From the NCBI GenBank assembly GCA_963805085.1, contig CAWDTA010000002.1:1856001-1920000 (forward strand): DNA of 64,000 bases. The letters run 5' to 3'. Shown here piece by piece: positions 1 to 9,421 of this stretch. This DNA is from an uncultured Veillonellaceae bacterium. GTDB lineage: Bacteria; Bacillota; Negativicutes; JARBTT01. The notes below the pieces were generated by a model, which was not told the origin of the DNA, ran no database searches, and was given only the letters and a program-made list of their open reading frames with translations. Every line of letters starts with the position of its first letter. Within the stretch, counting starts at the first letter, position 1. The translations under genes were made by a program, and so were the position numbers.

Positions 1-3000
1 AAATATTAGTCGTAGATTCCAAAGATGTTGATGCTATGTATATGATGGCGGCGGCTTATTTGAAGCTCGAAGAGTATGACCATGCAATTCAGTATGCAAA
101 TTTAAAGCTTGCTACGAATGAACGATATCATTTGGAAACATATCTTATTTTAGCTTATGCGTATGCTGGGCTTTTTGACTATGAAGCCGCAATTGATAGC
201 CTGAAATATTTACTAGGTGTGATTGACATACGCAATGATCATAATGATCAAACACAACGTAATGACTTTATAGGCATGGTTCATCAAACATTAGCAAGTT
301 ATTATATGAATGTTGGTAATGTTTCAGATGCTAGAGCAGCTTATTTAAATGCGAGTAAGGTAAAGACAAATCAAATAGAAATTATTAATAATTTTAGCTC
401 ATATTTATTATGCTTACATTATGATTTATTGTTATCCGATGAATTTATTTTTGAGGAACATAAAAGATTCCAACAGTTTTTTAAGCAGGTTGTTCCTTAT
501 CAGCATAATGAAGTAAAACAAAAGGCGAAAATTAAGATTGGGTATATTTCCCCTGATTTTCGCCAACATGTCATGTTATCTTTTTATTATCAACTATTAG
601 CGTGCTATGATAAACAGAAGTTTCATATTACTTGTTATTCTTTAGGCGATACGGATGTTTATACAGAAGAGCTTAAGGCAATGGTAGATTGCTGGCGCGA
701 TGTTCAGGGGAAGGAATATCATGAGATTGCAAAAATAATTTATGAAGATCATATTGATATTTTAGTTGATTTAGCGGGGCATTCTGTAAATAGTGGATTG
801 GCGGTTTTGGCTTATAAACCCGCACCAATTCAGGTGTCAGGGCTTGGTTATTTTAATACAACGGGGCTGAATACGGTAGATTATTTTCTTACCGATGCAT
901 ATGTCGATCCAGTGGGGCAGCATGATACTTTATTTACCGAAAAATTAATGCGTTTGCCACATAGTCATTTTTGTTATAAAGGTCGCGAGGATTTAGCTGA
1001 GTGCAAAAATGCACCTTGTATAATAAAGGGGTTTGCTACTTTTTGCAGTTTTAATCGTATTGCAAAAATCACCAATGAGATATTAGTAGTTTGGCAAAAA
1101 ATTTTAGTGCAGGTACAAGGAGCAAAGCTAGTCTTTAAAGATAAGCTATTTATTAGCGAATCGGCGAAGCGTAGCTTTAGAACTCGTTTAGAGTATCTTG
1201 CTTTTCCAATGGAGCAAGTAGAACTTCAAGAAGGTAGTCATCAGTATATGGATGACTATTTAGCGATGGATGTTGCGTTAGATACTTTTCCCTATCCAGG
1301 TGGTGGTACGACTTTTGATGCTTTATATATGGGCGTACCAGTGATAACTTTAGTCGGTGAGCGTCATGGTGCTAGGTTTGGCTATAGCATTTTGAAAAAT
1401 ATTGAATTGGATGAGTGTATCGCTACAACGACAGAAGAATATATAGAGAAGGCAGTAAGCTTAGCAAGGAACAAATCACGATTAAATGAATTGCATCAAA
1501 TTTTACGCGCACGCATGCTACAGTCCCCATTAATGGATGGAAAACAGTATGTGCTAGATGTGGAACATGCATATCAAGAAATGTGGCGTGAGTTTGACAA
1601 TCATAAGCAGGAAAAAGGTATGAATGGAATGGATGATGAAGTAGCAAAGGAAGTTATGGTATTAAATCAATATATCAAGGTAAAGCCTAAAGATAAAACT
1701 GCCTTAAAGCGTTTAGCAAATTTGTATATGATGAGTAAAGAATATGAAAAAGTGCTTGAAATTACTGATAAGATGATTCAGTTAGACAAGTTCGATTATG
1801 AAGCGATGTATATGGCTTCAGCGGCTCATTTATATTTAGACGAGGATGAACAGGCGTTTCATTTAGCGAAAAAAGTAACTGAAATTAAAAAAGATTATAT
1901 CGGTGCCTACATGGCAATGGCATTTTATTACGATAAGAAACTACTGTTGAAAGAAAATATTGACACGTTACAAAAAGTCGTTTCTTTGATTGAACGGAAA
2001 AATAAACACGGTTTACGAAGTATGGAATATGATCTTTTTAGTCAGGCTTGGCAACAATTGGGCGCATCTAACTTAGTATTAGGCAATATTGCTGAAACAA
2101 AGAAAGCTTACTTAAAAGCTAGTGAAATAAAAAATGATTTGATTGGAAAAAGTGCAGAATATAGTGGCTATTTGATGTGTACCAATTATGATTTGAGTAT
2201 GTCAGAACAAGAAATGCTTGCGGAACATAAAAAATTTAATGCGTTTTTTACTGAAATACCGCAATATCAGCATACTGATTTTCAGTCTAAAGTGAAGTTG
2301 CGGATTGGTTACATATCCCCTGATTTTTCCTATCATGCCGTAGTCTTTTATTGCTATCCGTTATTACGTAGTTATGATAAGGAAAAATTTGAAGTCGTTT
2401 GTTATCATAAAGGAAAATCGGATATGACGACAGAGCAGCTAAAATCTTTTGGCACAGTTTGGCGTGATATTAGTAGTTTAAGTGAAGCTGAAGCAGCACA
2501 ACTGATTTATGAAGATAAAATTGATATTTTAGTTGAACTGGCTGGTCATACTGCGCATAATTGTTTACCGATCTTAGCCTACAAACCAGCGTCAATTCAA
2601 CTATGTGGCATTGGTTATTTCAATACGACAGGGTTAGATACGGTTGATTATTTTTTAACGGATCATTATGTTGATCCAATTGGAAAAAATGATACTTATT
2701 TTACAGAGAAACTTTTACGTTTGCCAGCGACGCATTGGTGTTATACCAATCGCTTGGATGAACCAGACTGTCAAGAAACTGCATGTATAAGGAATCATTA
2801 TATTACGTTTTGTAGTTTTAATAATTTTGCAAAAACAACGGATCAAATGTTAATGCTATGGAAAGAAATTTTAACGCGAGTTCCAAATGCAAAATTAGTG
2901 CTCAAGAATAAAGTCTTTGAGAGTGAATATGGTTGTGAACAAATTTCTCATAGACTTTTACAAATGGGACTTAGAATGGAGCAGATAGAATTTAGAGCAT

Positions 3001-3761
3001 CGACCAGCAATCATATGCAAGAATATCTAGAGATGGATATTGCTTTGGATACCTATCCTTATGTAGGTGGTGCGACAACCTGTGAAGCTTTATATATGGG
3101 AGTGCCAGTAGTTACATTAGTAGGCAATCGTCATGGCGCACGTTTTGGCTATAGCATGCTGAAGAATATTGGATTTGAGGAAGGTATTGCTTATAGTGAG
3201 CAGCAGTATGTAGAAAAGGCAGTCGCCTTGGCAGAGGATATAGATCGTTTAAATGAACTGCATAAAGGATTATTACGCAAAAAAATGCTAGAATCATCAT
3301 TGATGGACGGAAATCGCTATATGGCTGCATTGGAGCAAGCTTATCAAAAAATCTGGAATGATTTCGTTGGTAATCATTCTAACGAGATTCCTAATAAAGA
3401 AAGAACGTTAGAAGATGCATTGTATCGTATTTCTAAAAATGATGAATTGGAACAAAATTTTGCTGTGGTAAGTGAATATACAGCAGAAAAGATAGACGAA
3501 GAAATAATGAAATTATATATTCATAATGATGAAAGAATTAATCTGTTGAATGCTATTGCGGTGAATTTTTATGAAAGCAATCAGTTCGATGATGTAATAC
3601 CTTTATTAACTACAGCACTTTCTTTGGATGCAGATTATGATATTACATTGAGCAATTTGGGCATTGTTTTATATAATTTTGGCGAGAAAGAAATAGCAAA
3701 AAAATATTTAAGTAAAATTAAGAATAAAGATGAAAACATTATAGCTTTGTTGAAAAAATAA
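1..3761 (+). CDS. TPR-repeat protein with two tandem GT41 (O-GlcNAc transferase/SPINDLY-like) catalytic modules; 5'-truncated by window edge
   Basis: Frame is open upstream of ATG 36 to the window edge. Two copies of IGYISPDF..H, DILV(D/E)LAGH, KPA.IQ..G.GY..TTGL..VDY, F.SFN..AK and DxALDTxPY.GG.TT..ALYMGVPV, separated by TPR-like helices. Confidence 0.9.
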   Translation, partial: ILVVDSKDVDAMYMMAAAYLKLEEYDHAIQYANLKLATNERYHLETYLILAYAYAGLFDYEAAIDSLKYLLGVIDIRNDHNDQTQRNDFIGMVHQTLASYYMNVGNVSDARAAYLNASKVKTNQIEIINNFSSYLLCLHYDLLLSDEFIFEEHKRFQQFFKQVVPYQHNEVKQKAKIKIGYISPDFRQHVMLSFYYQLLACYDKQKFHITCYSLGDTDVYTEELKAMVDCWRDVQGKEYHEIAKIIYEDHIDILVDLAGHSVNSGLAVLAYKPAPIQVSGLGYFNTTGLNTVDYFLTDAYVDPVGQHDTLFTEKLMRLPHSHFCYKGREDLAECKNAPCIIKGFATFCSFNRIAKITNEILVVWQKILVQVQGAKLVFKDKLFISESAKRSFRTRLEYLAFPMEQVELQEGSHQYMDDYLAMDVALDTFPYPGGGTTFDALYMGVPVITLVGERHGARFGYSILKNIELDECIATTTEEYIEKAVSLARNKSRLNELHQILRARMLQSPLMDGKQYVLDVEHAYQEMWREFDNHKQEKGMNGMDDEVAKEVMVLNQYIKVKPKDKTALKRLANLYMMSKEYEKVLEITDKMIQLDKFDYEAMYMASAAHLYLDEDEQAFHLAKKVTEIKKDYIGAYMAMAFYYDKKLLLKENIDTLQKVVSLIERKNKHGLRSMEYDLFSQAWQQLGASNLVLGNIAETKKAYLKASEIKNDLIGKSAEYSGYLMCTNYDLSMSEQEMLAEHKKFNAFFTEIPQYQHTDFQSKVKLRIGYISPDFSYHAVVFYCYPLLRSYDKEKFEVVCYHKGKSDMTTEQLKSFGTVWRDISSLSEAEAAQLIYEDKIDILVELAGHTAHNCLPILAYKPASIQLCGIGYFNTTGLDTVDYFLTDHYVDPIGKNDTYFTEKLLRLPATHWCYTNRLDEPDCQETACIRNHYITFCSFNNFAKTTDQMLMLWKEILTRVPNAKLVLKNKVFESEYGCEQISHRLLQMGLRMEQIEFRASTSNHMQEYLEMDIALDTYPYVGGATTCEALYMGVPVVTLVGNRHGARFGYSMLKNIGFEEGIAYSEQQYVEKAVALAEDIDRLNELHKGLLRKKMLESSLMDGNRYMAALEQAYQKIWNDFVGNHSNEIPNKERTLEDALYRISKNDELEQNFAVVSEYTAEKIDEEIMKLYIHNDERINLLNAIAVNFYESNQFDDVIPLLTTALSLDADYDITLSNLGIVLYNFGEKEIAKKYLSKIKNKDENIIALLKK

Positions 3762-3831
3762 TATTTAACTGATTGTATTTTAAATATTAAAAAATAGTAT
3801 ATTACTGTTGTATCATTTATAGAAATAGGAT

Positions 3832-5118
3832 GTGGGTAGAATGTTTGGGATGCAGTATAATGATTGTATTCGTCAATTTTTAAAAAAAGAAGAGGTTTAT
3901 AATAAAAGAATCGTTGATGTGGGTTCCTTTGTTATCAATAATACATCGCCTAGATTTGCCATTGCACAATATGAGCCTGCAGAATATGTTGGAATTGATA
4001 TTATAGCAGGTGCCGGAGTAGATAAAGTTTGTACGGTAGAAGATTTTTTATTGGCGTATGGGGAAGAAACTTTTGATATTGTTTTTATGTCAGCAATATT
4101 CGAAGTAGCCAAGGATTACAAAAGTGTAATTTCATCGGCGAAACGTTTATGCAAGAAAAATGGTATTATAATCTTGACAGCAAGGACGGATAAACATCCT
4201 GAAAATGTGCCGATGAATGAGTATTGGCGGTATGAACAAGAAGATATGCGAAATTTATTTCGCGATTGTAATATTGTCATGGAGGGCAATGATGCTAAAT
4301 TCACAGAAATATTTTTAAAATTAGTTAAGCCTCAAGAGTTTGTTGAATGTAACTATGATGGTATTGCATTGTATAGTCCAATACTAAAAAGAAGAGTAAT
4401 ATGTAACGAAGACGTGTTAAATTTAATTACTTCTCATCTTAGTCAAGATGATGTTTGCCATGATTTTAACGAGGAGAAAGAATCGGTATATTTTAATCGA
4501 TATGTAGAACTTGAACAACTTGGCGTAAAAAGAGCTACGGATAAAAGTTCGTTATGGCATAATTATCTAAATAAATATGATATGTTTTTAAATCATTTAC
4601 GCCAAGAGGAGTTTATTTTTTTAGAGCTGGGTGTTTTTCATGGTTCTAGTGTAAAAATGTGGAGCGATTATTTTAGAAAAGCAAAAATTATTGGTGTTGA
4701 TATTGATCCAGAATGTAAACAATATGCTAGTGATAGAATCAATATATTGACGGGAGATTTATCAAATATTAAGAGCTTGAATGTATTAGCTTCATTAAAA
4801 CCAAGCGTAATTGTTGATGATGCATCACATATCTGGAGCCATCAAATTAGTGCTTTATTTGAATTATTTCCATGTTTACCAAGTGGTGGAATTTACATAA
4901 TGGAGGATGTCGGTACATCGTTAAATCTTAAGGCTTACCCGGGGTATAATGATGTATCAGTTAGCGCTTATGATGTGCTTTCACAAATTGCTGAAGTGTG
5001 TACAGGTGGACAAGAATTAAGAGTTCCAAGAGAGTTTCAAACTTTTATTGAAGAAATAGGCAAACAAGTTGAGATGATTTCGTTTATTAGAGAAAGTTGT
5101 ATTATGATAAAAAAATAA
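3832..5118 (+). CDS. Two-domain class I SAM-dependent methyltransferase
   Basis: N-terminal IVDVGS..YVGIDI..GAGVD and C-terminal LELGVFHGSS..IIGVDID..IVDDASH motifs. Exact start uncertain (3832/3841/3850). Confidence 0.8.
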   Translation: MGRMFGMQYNDCIRQFLKKEEVYNKRIVDVGSFVINNTSPRFAIAQYEPAEYVGIDIIAGAGVDKVCTVEDFLLAYGEETFDIVFMSAIFEVAKDYKSVISSAKRLCKKNGIIILTARTDKHPENVPMNEYWRYEQEDMRNLFRDCNIVMEGNDAKFTEIFLKLVKPQEFVECNYDGIALYSPILKRRVICNEDVLNLITSHLSQDDVCHDFNEEKESVYFNRYVELEQLGVKRATDKSSLWHNYLNKYDMFLNHLRQEEFIFLELGVFHGSSVKMWSDYFRKAKIIGVDIDPECKQYASDRINILTGDLSNIKSLNVLASLKPSVIVDDASHIWSHQISALFELFPCLPSGGIYIMEDVGTSLNLKAYPGYNDVSVSAYDVLSQIAEVCTGGQELRVPREFQTFIEEIGKQVEMISFIRESCIMIKK

Positions 5119-5139
5119 AGCTATTATAAATAATTTTTG

Positions 5140-5166
5140 AAGGCAGCCGTTGGCTGTCTTTTTTTA
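5140..5166 (+). terminator. Intrinsic terminator
   Basis: aaggcagcc-gtt-ggctgtctt followed by a T-run. Confidence 0.7.
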
Positions 5167-5234
5167 CTTATCGCTAAAATTGTCGGAATATTGTATAATA
5201 AAAGAAAAAATATGAAAATTTGTGAGTGTAAATT

Positions 5235-6683
5235 ATGTATAGACATAAAGATATAAAAGAAAAAGAAAAATTGAATATTGGCTATTTATTACCCGATTTT
5301 CGGCAATATGAAGTGGCTTGTATTAGTTATCCGCTGTTAGTGTCTTTTAATGAGGGCGAATTTAATGTTTTTTGTTATGCCAATGGCGATGTGAAAGAAC
5401 TTCGGGAGAGGCTTGGCAATCGAAGTGTTGTATGGCGTAATATTGCGGGAATCAGTGTGGAACTAGCGGTACGGGGAATTCAGAAAGATAAGATTGACAT
5501 TTTAGTTGACTTATCTAGCCATACTTCAAGTAATTGTTTACCAATTTTGTCGCGAAAACCAGCAGTTGTTCAAATGAGCAGTATTGGTTATTTTCACACC
5601 ACCGGTTTAAAAACAGTGGAATATTTATTAACCGATAAATATTGCAGTCCAGAAGAACAAAATCAGGATTATTTTATTGAAGATGTACTGCTCATTCCGC
5701 AAAGTCACTTTTGCTATCGCCCTCGCACTGAGCTTGTAACCTATGAAGATGCGCCTATAGCTAAAAATGGCTATGTGACGTTTGGGTGCTTTCATCATTT
5801 TACACATGTTATCGATGACTTTTTATTGGTTTGGCAGGAAATTATTACTAAAGTCCCGAATGCACGCTTGATTATTAAAAGTCGTATTTTTGGCAGTGGC
5901 TATGGTTGCCAAGAAACGCGCTTTCGTTTAAAAAGGTTGGGGTTTGATTTAAATCGTGTAGAGCTTCGGTCGTTGAGGGGCGATGATTTTGAGGATTATC
6001 GTGATATTGACATTATGCTCGATACTTGTCCGTATCAAGGTGCTAGTAGTACGTGTGATGCACTTTATATGGGAGTGCCGGTAATTGTAACGACTGGAAC
6101 TCGGCATAGTTCGAGGATGGGCTATAGCATTTTAAAAAACATTGGTTTAGAAGAATGTATCGCGCAAACGAAGGATGATTATATCAGTAAAGCGATTGCA
6201 CTGGCTAATAATCAGTATAAGGTAATGAATTTGCATAAGAATTTAAGAGAGCGTATGCGTAAGTCTCCATTAATGGATGAAAAACGCTATGTTACAAATG
6301 TTGAACGGCTTTATAAAAAAGTTTGGAAGAATATCGTTGACGAAGTACAAACAGAAAAAATTTTAAAAGAAGTGAGTGTATTATTGCATACGGTAGAAGA
6401 AGGCCTAGTCTATCTACATGGTAGATTGGTACTTGGTGATTTATCCGAAGTGGTCGTACAGATATTTGATGATACTGTGTATGCCTTCAAAAACACGCAG
6501 GTGGCAGTGCAGAGGATTTTTGGTGATACCGAAACAATTTTATATTTAATAAAAAAATCAAATAAAGCTCGCCAATTATGTAAAGCTAAGCAAGGGGCAA
6601 AAGCAGGTGAATGCATCGCAACAGAGCTTATGCCATTACTCAAAGAAATGATAAAGCGTGTAGAAGGGCGACTAGAAAAATAA
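5235..6683 (+). CDS. GT41-like protein without N-terminal TPRs, degenerate active-site motifs, helical C-terminal extension
   Basis: Paralogous to the modules of the upstream gene (IDILVDLSSHT, DIMLDTCPYQGASSTCDALYMGVPV). PDFRQH has become PDFRQY and FNxxAK has become FHHFTH. Confidence 0.8.
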   Translation: MYRHKDIKEKEKLNIGYLLPDFRQYEVACISYPLLVSFNEGEFNVFCYANGDVKELRERLGNRSVVWRNIAGISVELAVRGIQKDKIDILVDLSSHTSSNCLPILSRKPAVVQMSSIGYFHTTGLKTVEYLLTDKYCSPEEQNQDYFIEDVLLIPQSHFCYRPRTELVTYEDAPIAKNGYVTFGCFHHFTHVIDDFLLVWQEIITKVPNARLIIKSRIFGSGYGCQETRFRLKRLGFDLNRVELRSLRGDDFEDYRDIDIMLDTCPYQGASSTCDALYMGVPVIVTTGTRHSSRMGYSILKNIGLEECIAQTKDDYISKAIALANNQYKVMNLHKNLRERMRKSPLMDEKRYVTNVERLYKKVWKNIVDEVQTEKILKEVSVLLHTVEEGLVYLHGRLVLGDLSEVVVQIFDDTVYAFKNTQVAVQRIFGDTETILYLIKKSNKARQLCKAKQGAKAGECIATELMPLLKEMIKRVEGRLEK

Positions 6684-6735
6684 AAAACGAAGCAATTTAA
6701 GAGTTTTTATGTTGAGTACGAATCATTAGTATGAA

Positions 6736-6938
6736 TTATCAACACTTTCAAGGGAGTTATACACAGGGTTAAAAATAATGTTATCAACAGTTGTGGATAA
6801 AAAGGTGGATAAATGCCCTTGAAAGGTTTATTTATTGTGATTTTAAGTAAAAGGTATATGTTAATAATTTGTTAACAAATTGTTAATTTTATAAAAATAA
6901 GAGGGAAATGGAGTTATTAACAATTCTTTTGTTGATAA
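6736..6938. promoter_or_regulatory. DnaA-box cluster
   Basis: TTATACACA 6757 and TGTGGATAA 6792 are perfect TTATNCACA matches. TTATCAACA 6736 and 6781, GGTGGATAA 6804, TGTTAATAA 6859, TTATTAACA 6914 and TGTTGATAA 6930 each have one mismatch. Confidence 0.7.
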
Positions 6939-7010
6939 CTAGACTATAAATTTGTATAATGGCTGTATAGGATTTATTTAGAAAAATATAGTAACATGGA
7001 GGTGCTTTAT

Positions 7011-7205
7011 ATGGATATAGCGGCATTGTCGGTTGCGATGAGTCAAAATAATTTACAGCAAGACCTTGGCGTTTCAGTGATGAAGATGGCTCTGAACCAA
7101 ATTGGTGATCAGGGGACAGCATTGTCTGACATGATGGGTGATACGAAATCAATGGAATTGGCGGCAGAACCATATCTTGGCTCTAATGTTGATATTAGTG
7201 CATAA
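7011..7205 (+). CDS. YjfB-family small putative motility protein
   Basis: MDIAALSVAMSQ..LQQ..GVSVMKMAL...PYLGSNVDISA signature; GGAGGTG RBS before ATG 7011. Confidence 0.85.
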   Translation: MDIAALSVAMSQNNLQQDLGVSVMKMALNQIGDQGTALSDMMGDTKSMELAAEPYLGSNVDISA

Positions 7206-7214
7206 TTGCATGCT

Positions 7215-7250
7215 ACACTGAGCTTAATGAAATTGGGCTCGGTGTTTTTT
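7215..7250 (+). terminator. Intrinsic terminator
   Basis: acactgagctt / gggctcggtgt stem followed by a T-run. Confidence 0.7.
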
Positions 7251-7271
7251 CTAGTATAGGGGGATTTTGTA

Positions 7272-7697
7272 GTGGTTGAACTTTCAGAACGGGTGAAAAA
7301 GTTGATGTTATCTTTTTATGAAGACAATCCATTTGTAAAGCAGTTAGAAATCAAATTGGTGAAGGCTCAAGTGGGGCGGGTTGAAATGCTGATGCCGATT
7401 GATAGCGATTTCCATACAAATGTTTATAAGATAGCGCATGGCGGAGCTTTGATGTCGCTGGCGGACACGGCGATGGGAGCAACTTGTTTGACTTTAAATA
7501 AAAAAGTGGTAACGCTTGATTTTAATATCAATTGTATCAAAGGAGCACCAAGTAATTGCTCGGTGCTCGCAGTTGGCCAAGTTATACACAATGGATCAAG
7601 CACGATTGTCGTAGAAGCGGATATTATCGGGGAAAATGGCGAATTTTACGCCAAAGCGCGGGGAACTTTTTTTGTTATCGAAAAATTTACGGCTTAA
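7272..7697 (+). CDS. PaaI-family hotdog thioesterase
   Basis: N..KIAHGGALMSLADTAMG motif. Confidence 0.9.
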   Translation: MVELSERVKKLMLSFYEDNPFVKQLEIKLVKAQVGRVEMLMPIDSDFHTNVYKIAHGGALMSLADTAMGATCLTLNKKVVTLDFNINCIKGAPSNCSVLAVGQVIHNGSSTIVVEADIIGENGEFYAKARGTFFVIEKFTA

Positions 7698-7721
7698 ATA
7701 GGTAATAATGATAAAATGTTC

Positions 7722-7750
7722 TTGCTTTTTTTCTTACAGAAATTTATACT
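7722..7750 (+). promoter_or_regulatory. Sigma-A-type promoter of the raiA RNA
   Basis: TTGCTT-17-TATACT directly upstream of the RNA 5' stem. Confidence 0.6.
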
Positions 7751-7752
7751 TA

Positions 7753-8005
7753 GAGTTAAGAACTTATTGCTTAGGTCCGTGGTTGTAAGTCGATGCCAGT
7801 TGCAGGCGAAACGATCCACGTAAGGAATCCAAAAAGTGATTCTGATCATGGTGCAGCTTAGAGGTAAGTCCTGCCGGAGTCTTGTACATAATTGATGTCG
7901 ATATCCGAGAGAAGTAGTAGTGAGGGAATAATTTCTATTAGCGAAACTTCCAGCAGGCGAGTGTGGGGTCAAAAACCAGGTCGGCTGAGCATATTCTTAA
8001 AACTC
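7753..8005 (+). ncRNA. raiA-motif RNA
   Basis: Contains the conserved segments GTGGTTG(T)AAGTCGATGCCAG..GCAGGC.AAACGATCCACGTAAG, CATGGTGC.GCTTAGA.GTAAGTCCTGCCG and GCGAAACTTCCAGCAGGCGAGTGTGGGGTCAAA.ACCAGGTC. Closing stem tgcttag/ctgagca. Typical neighbourhood (zinc-ribbon gene, hpf/raiA downstream). Confidence 0.92.
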
Positions 8006-8027
8006 AAAAGGTGAGGGGATTTTTTTA

Positions 8028-8315
8028 ATGGCTTTCGAAGACAAAACTCTTCAGTGTAAAGATTGTGGAAAAGATTTTATTTTTGGCGCAGGAGAACAAG
8101 AATTCTACGCAGAGAAAGGTTTCGAAAACGAACCTGTACGTTGTCGCGATTGTCGCGATGCTAGACGTCGTAACCGTGATGGTGGCGAATCTAGACAACA
8201 ACGTGAAATGTTCGAAGTTGTTTGCGCTAACTGTGGCGTAACTACTCAAGTACCTTTCCAACCTCGTAACGATCGTCCAGTATACTGCCGCGATTGTTTC
8301 AACGCTAATAAATAA
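8028..8315 (+). CDS. Zinc-ribbon / CxxC-x17-CxxC domain protein
   Basis: DKTLQCKDCG..F.F...EQEFY..KGFENEP.RC..CR and C..CG....VPF.P..DRPVYC..CF. Confidence 0.92.
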   Translation: MAFEDKTLQCKDCGKDFIFGAGEQEFYAEKGFENEPVRCRDCRDARRRNRDGGESRQQREMFEVVCANCGVTTQVPFQPRNDRPVYCRDCFNANK

Positions 8316-8339
8316 TTATATACAATTGTATATACTTGA

Positions 8340-8361
8340 GGCCCGGAGAAATCCGGGCTTT
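8340..8361 (+). terminator. Terminator hairpin
   Basis: gcccgga-gaaa-tccgggc followed by ttt. Confidence 0.65.
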
Positions 8362-8421
8362 AGTGTTTGCTAGGTAAAATAATACTGAATACAATATTAC
8401 AAGTTTAAAGGAGGTTCCTCT

Positions 8422-9207
8422 ATGTCTAAAAAGATTTTAACGCTTTTCATGGTAAGTATGTTTGTTATGACAGCTTTATTCACTGGTTGTGGTGCACAAA
8501 AGGAACAAGCGCAAGCAAAGGAAACAAAAGAAAAAGTGTTACGTGTTGGTTGTAATGCTGACTTCGCTCCATTTGAATTCCAAGATGTCAATGGTAAAGA
8601 ATATGTTGGTTTCGATATGGATTTGATCAGAGCAATCGGTAAAGAAATGGGTTATGAAGTACAAATTCAAAATATTAATTTTGACGGTTTGATTCCAGCA
8701 ATGGATGCTGGCAATATTGACGTTATCATCAGCGGAATGACGATTACTGACGAACGTTCAAAGAAAGTGCAATTTTCTAAACCTTACTATCAATCAGGTT
8801 TAACAATTGCTGTTAAAAATGATAATAAAACAATTAACAGTTTTAAAGACTTAGAAGGTAAAACAATCGCTGTACAAATTGGTACGACTGGTGCAGAGGA
8901 AGCAAAAAAAGTCAAAGATGCAAAAGTGAAGGAATTTAACAGCTCAGCTGATACCTTTATGGAATTAAAAATCGGCGGTGTAGAAGCTGTTGTGAATGAT
9001 AGACCAGTAAATGATTATTACTTGGCACAAGGTGGCAGTAAAGACGCAAAAGCACTTAGTGAAATCTTAACTGCTGAAGATTATGGTATTGCTATAAACA
9101 AGAACAATGCGGATCTTGCAAAACAAGTAGATGCTGCTCTTGAAAAATTAAAATCTAATGGTGAATACGATAAAATTTATGCAAAATGGTTTGGGGCTAA
9201 AAAATAA
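8422..9207 (+). CDS. Polar/basic amino-acid ABC transporter substrate-binding lipoprotein
   Basis: Lipobox FTGC; FAPFEF, GFDMDL and SGMTITDER motifs. Confidence 0.92.
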   Translation: MSKKILTLFMVSMFVMTALFTGCGAQKEQAQAKETKEKVLRVGCNADFAPFEFQDVNGKEYVGFDMDLIRAIGKEMGYEVQIQNINFDGLIPAMDAGNIDVIISGMTITDERSKKVQFSKPYYQSGLTIAVKNDNKTINSFKDLEGKTIAVQIGTTGAEEAKKVKDAKVKEFNSSADTFMELKIGGVEAVVNDRPVNDYYLAQGGSKDAKALSEILTAEDYGIAINKNNADLAKQVDAALEKLKSNGEYDKIYAKWFGAKK

Positions 9208-9220
9208 TTCTGTAGTACAA

Positions 9221-9404
9221 AATAGATAAGTTGCAACGAAAATCGACAAGTTGGCAAGAGACGAATCTCAAGGTGGTACTGGTTCGATGACCGCAATGAA
9301 GGCTAAACTCCCTGCGGTCAAACAGAAAGCCTTCAAAGCTACGAGGTGGTAAGATTCGTCTATGTTGCCTTGGTTGAACGATTTTCTTATGCAACTTACC
9401 TATT
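9221..9404 (+). repeat. Structured intergenic repeat family A, copy 1 (~185 bp nested hairpin)
   Basis: Homologous to 26125-26315. Nested inverted repeats aatagataagttgca/tgcaacttacctatt, gaaaatcg/cgattttc, agacgaatct/agattcgtct and gaaggct/agccttc. Confidence 0.85.
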
Positions 9405-9421
9405 CGTTTAGACTTTGATTT

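Noticed and set aside
6736-6938. Replication origin oriC
   Set aside because: No dnaA/dnaN/rpmH/gidA context and no switch in gene orientation; kept only as a DnaA-box cluster
7694-7972. 92-aa minus-strand ORF
   Set aside because: Antisense to the raiA-motif RNA; no protein features
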